Below are positions 25,088 to 27,011 of a stretch of 27,011 bases of DNA, in pieces. Source of the stretch: a virus. Lineage: Duplodnaviria; Caudoviricetes. Below the pieces are notes generated by a model. The model did not search any database and was not told the origin of the DNA. It saw nothing but the letters and a program-made list of their open reading frames with translations. Numbering within the stretch: the stretch's first letter is position 1; each line of letters opens with the position of its first letter. Location: positions 1 to 27,011 of the IMG/VR virus record IMGVR_UViG_3300037780_000071; one strand, written 5' to 3'. Both the position numbers and the translations under genes were made by a program.

Positions 25088-25685
25088 ACTCGGCATCTTC
25101 GATCTCGCTGTCTTCGCAGTCTTCGTATTCGATGCGAGGATCGATCTCGTCAATCCAATCGCCGTCATCCTCGGCGTCATTGACTGCGCCTGCCAATTCC
25201 TTCGCCTTCAGTCTCGCGATCAGGATCTTCGCTTCCTGATAACCGATCGCTTTAAGGTAGCACTCGGCAGCCTTCCTCGAAGTTTCTGGATCTGGCACTT
25301 CGCATCCATCGGCGAGTTTCTCGCCTGCCATCAGCTTAAACAGGGTTTTGTGTGCCTGTTTGATGCCATCGAGTATCCAACTTTCCTCGCCTGCAAGCCA
25401 GTCATCGCGTTTCTTTTTCAGCCTGCGCTCTGTGAAGTAGTCGATCAGATCTTGGAATCCCTCGATCAGCGACATGTAATTGCGCGCAGTCTGATAGCTG
25501 ACGCCTACTCGATCTGCGACCTCCTGCCACTGGACATCATAGGCGCGCAGATGCGCTGCCTGCCAATGATTCTTATGCCACGATTTGCCATCAGGGCGCG
25601 CAGGCGCATCGAAGGGAAGCGACATAGGCATATGACGCAGGAAGTCAGGCTTTTCATCCGAGGTTGTCGAAAGACTCGATGTCAT
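25080..25685 (-). CDS. HTH protein, probable terminase small subunit (up to 201 aa)
   Basis: HTH pattern AAHLRAYDVQWQEVADRVGVSYQTARNY, then helical oligomerisation-like region and acidic tail; first gene of the late operon. Start uncertain because no SD is visible. Confidence 0.7.
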   Translation of the reverse strand: MTSSLSTTSDEKPDFLRHMPMSLPFDAPARPDGKSWHKNHWQAAHLRAYDVQWQEVADRVGVSYQTARNYMSLIEGFQDLIDYFTERRLKKKRDDWLAGEESWILDGIKQAHKTLFKLMAGEKLADGCEVPDPETSRKAAECYLKAIGYQEAKILIARLKAKELAGAVNDAEDDGDWIDEIDPRIEYEDCEDSEIEDAEYE

Positions 25686-25776
25686 AGCGTCAGGCTTGCA
25701 GATTGGATGTCATATCAATGTCATATCACATATGACATTTGACGTTTCATGTCATACCATGCGCGAGATTGTCATA
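25680..25776. repeat. TGTCATA repeat array in the divergent intergenic region
   Basis: Direct copies at 25680, 25708, 25719, 25750 and 25770; inverted copy TATGACA at 25731. Perfect palindrome AATGTCATAT-CAC-ATATGACATT at 25717-25739. Confidence 0.9.
25732..25760 (+). promoter_or_regulatory. Possible sigma70-type promoter for the rightward genes
   Basis: ATGACA-N17-TACCAT (5/6 and 4/6 matches to consensus), 60 nt upstream of ATG 25821; both boxes overlap repeat copies. Confidence 0.35.
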
Positions 25777-25820
25777 TCATGCAAGTGGCATCGTTAAAAC
25801 AACCGACAGGAGGAAACCTG

Positions 25821-26147
25821 ATGGCCAGAAAAAGGAAGCGTTCGCAGGAGTCCCTAGAAGAGAGTCAAAAGCGCCTGAGACTGAAACAGATCTCGAGTCG
25901 AGTGCCTGACGAGAAAGGGCGCCTGTATGACGATGGCGAAGGGCGCGTTATGGATGCCATGGCCTTCGAGTTCGCAAAGGGCGAGACTCGAATGGACTTC
26001 GGTTGCCATCCTGACGGCAGCGCAAAAGCCTCGATCTGCCTCGATGGCCAGATCGTTGATTTCCATTACATCAGCATCACTGAAAAGGATGGCAAGATCT
26101 CGTGTTCCTTCGAGTTTCTCGACTTCACAACAAAGGCAGGCGAATGA
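25821..26147 (+). CDS. Hypothetical protein (108 aa)
   Basis: Strong AGGAGG SD before ATG 25821; ATGA-coupled to the next gene. Confidence 0.7.
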   Translation: MARKRKRSQESLEESQKRLRLKQISSRVPDEKGRLYDDGEGRVMDAMAFEFAKGETRMDFGCHPDGSAKASICLDGQIVDFHYISITEKDGKISCSFEFLDFTTKAGE

Positions 26148-26518
26148 CCGATCGCTATCAGATGACGCAGGAGGAAAAAGACGCCTGGCAGGAGGCGCTT
26201 GATCATCCTCGCGCGACGCAATGGAAGGCGCGCAAGCGTATCCTGCCAGGGATGAAGGAAGCGGCAGGCATCGCGCGCAGGGATTGCCAGGAATTGCGCC
26301 TGACTTGGCGCCAGGCGCGCAGCGAGTTGAAGGATCTCGCATATCATCTTGGATTCATGGCAGGCATTCCGCTTTTCTGGATCTTCTCGATGATGGCGCC
26401 TCGGTTCTTCATCCGCCAAGCGCACAAACAAGCCTTGCATCGCCTCGAGGAAGCGAACGCACTGGATCGCAGGCTATACAACCGAGTAGAACGGCACGCA
26501 TTCAGCGAGGAGGAATGA
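26144..26518 (+). CDS. Hypothetical protein with one hydrophobic segment (124 aa)
   Basis: ATGA overlap start MTDRYQM; hydrophobic stretch LGFMAGIPLFWIFSMMAP. Confidence 0.65.
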   Translation: MTDRYQMTQEEKDAWQEALDHPRATQWKARKRILPGMKEAAGIARRDCQELRLTWRQARSELKDLAYHLGFMAGIPLFWIFSMMAPRFFIRQAHKQALHRLEEANALDRRLYNRVERHAFSEEE

Positions 26519-26706
26519 TGGGAAACAAACGAAAAGCGAAACGATGGTACTGCCCGAAATGCGATGAATGTTCGAGAGAACACACAAGGCGAGGCAGGCA
26601 AGTTAATCCAGTGAAGGAAGGCTTTGCGGTTTGCCATAAATGCGAAACGAAACTTTTGGATCGGCGCCCTGGTAGGGGAGGCGAATACAAAAACGAAAGG
26701 CGATGA
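26518..26706 (+). CDS. Small basic zinc-ribbon protein (62 aa)
   Basis: GAGGAGG SD and TGATG coupling; WYCPKC...VCHKC. Confidence 0.6.
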   Translation: MGNKRKAKRWYCPKCDECSREHTRRGRQVNPVKEGFAVCHKCETKLLDRRPGRGGEYKNERR

Positions 26707-26709
26707 CAG

Positions 26710-27011
26710 ATGGCAGGCAAGATCCTTCAATTCGATCCAGTCGATGACGCACACTGCGCAGGCTGGCTATGTTGCGTCGAATGTGGTTATGTATCTGTGC
26801 ATGTGTGGCCAGAAACGTGCGACCTCGCAGACATCGAGTGTCACGAATGCCATGCATCAGGACATGTAGAAGTGTGGAACCGAACAAACCTGTTGCCATT
26901 GAATGACGAATGGCGCGCATCCCTCGAGGCTGAAATGTCACGCAAAGTTACCTGCCAGATGAAATGCACCCTGATCGACGTTGACAAAGAAAACGCCGAT
27001 CATCGCCGAGT
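26710..27011 (+). CDS. Zinc-ribbon protein (partial, runs off window)
   Basis: Manual translation MAGKILQFDPVDDAHCAGWLCCVECGYVSVHVWPETCDLADIECHECHASG... is open to the window end and has CxxC...CxxC. Not in the ORF track. Confidence 0.6.
   Translation, partial: MAGKILQFDPVDDAHCAGWLCCVECGYVSVHVWPETCDLADIECHECHASGHVEVWNRTNLLPLNDEWRASLEAEMSRKVTCQMKCTLIDVDKENADHRR

Larger units (their letters stand above)
1..27011. mobile_element. Tailed phage/prophage (contractile-tail) structural module plus start of a divergent gene cluster
   Basis: Co-oriented, tightly coupled run of terminase, portal, capsid, sheath, tube, tape measure, baseplate and fibre genes with many ATGA/TGATG overlaps. No host housekeeping genes or att/integrase are in the window, so free phage versus prophage cannot be decided. 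Confidence 0.96.

Noticed and set aside
1-27011. Stop-codon reassignment, introns or inteins in terL, portal or capsid
   Set aside because: Genes are full length in the standard code, TAA, TAG and TGA all serve as stops, and sizes leave no room for inteins or introns.

Overview
The window holds an almost complete virion morphogenesis (late) operon of a tailed dsDNA phage or prophage with a contractile tail (myovirus morphotype). It is transcribed on the - strand from about 25685 to beyond position 1. Gene order: terS-like HTH gene, two unknown genes, terminase large subunit, portal, an inserted SLT-type lytic transglycosylase, MuF/gp7 minor head protein, scaffold, head decoration protein, major capsid, neck/head-tail genes, sheath, tube, tail chaperone with a -1 frameshift, tape measure, LysM tube initiator, hub, spike, gp25-like wedge, a very short gpJ-like wedge, a gpI-like wedge, tail fibre, three tail-associated genes, and the start of a holin-like gene. 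A divergent cluster of small + strand genes (two with Zn ribbons) starts at 25821. Between the two units lies a dense TGTCATA repeat array. The most notable points are the repeat array, an internally duplicated frameshifting chaperone, a minimal gpJ that resembles its neighbour, the muralytic enzyme inside the head module, a terminator directly in front of terL, an SD-sequestering hairpin on the holin-like gene, a recurring GAACAACGG leader motif and a skewed palindrome composition. I found no clearly new multi-gene system. All product calls come from motif recognition and gene order only; no searches were run. No host, integrase, tRNA or CRISPR array is identifiable here.
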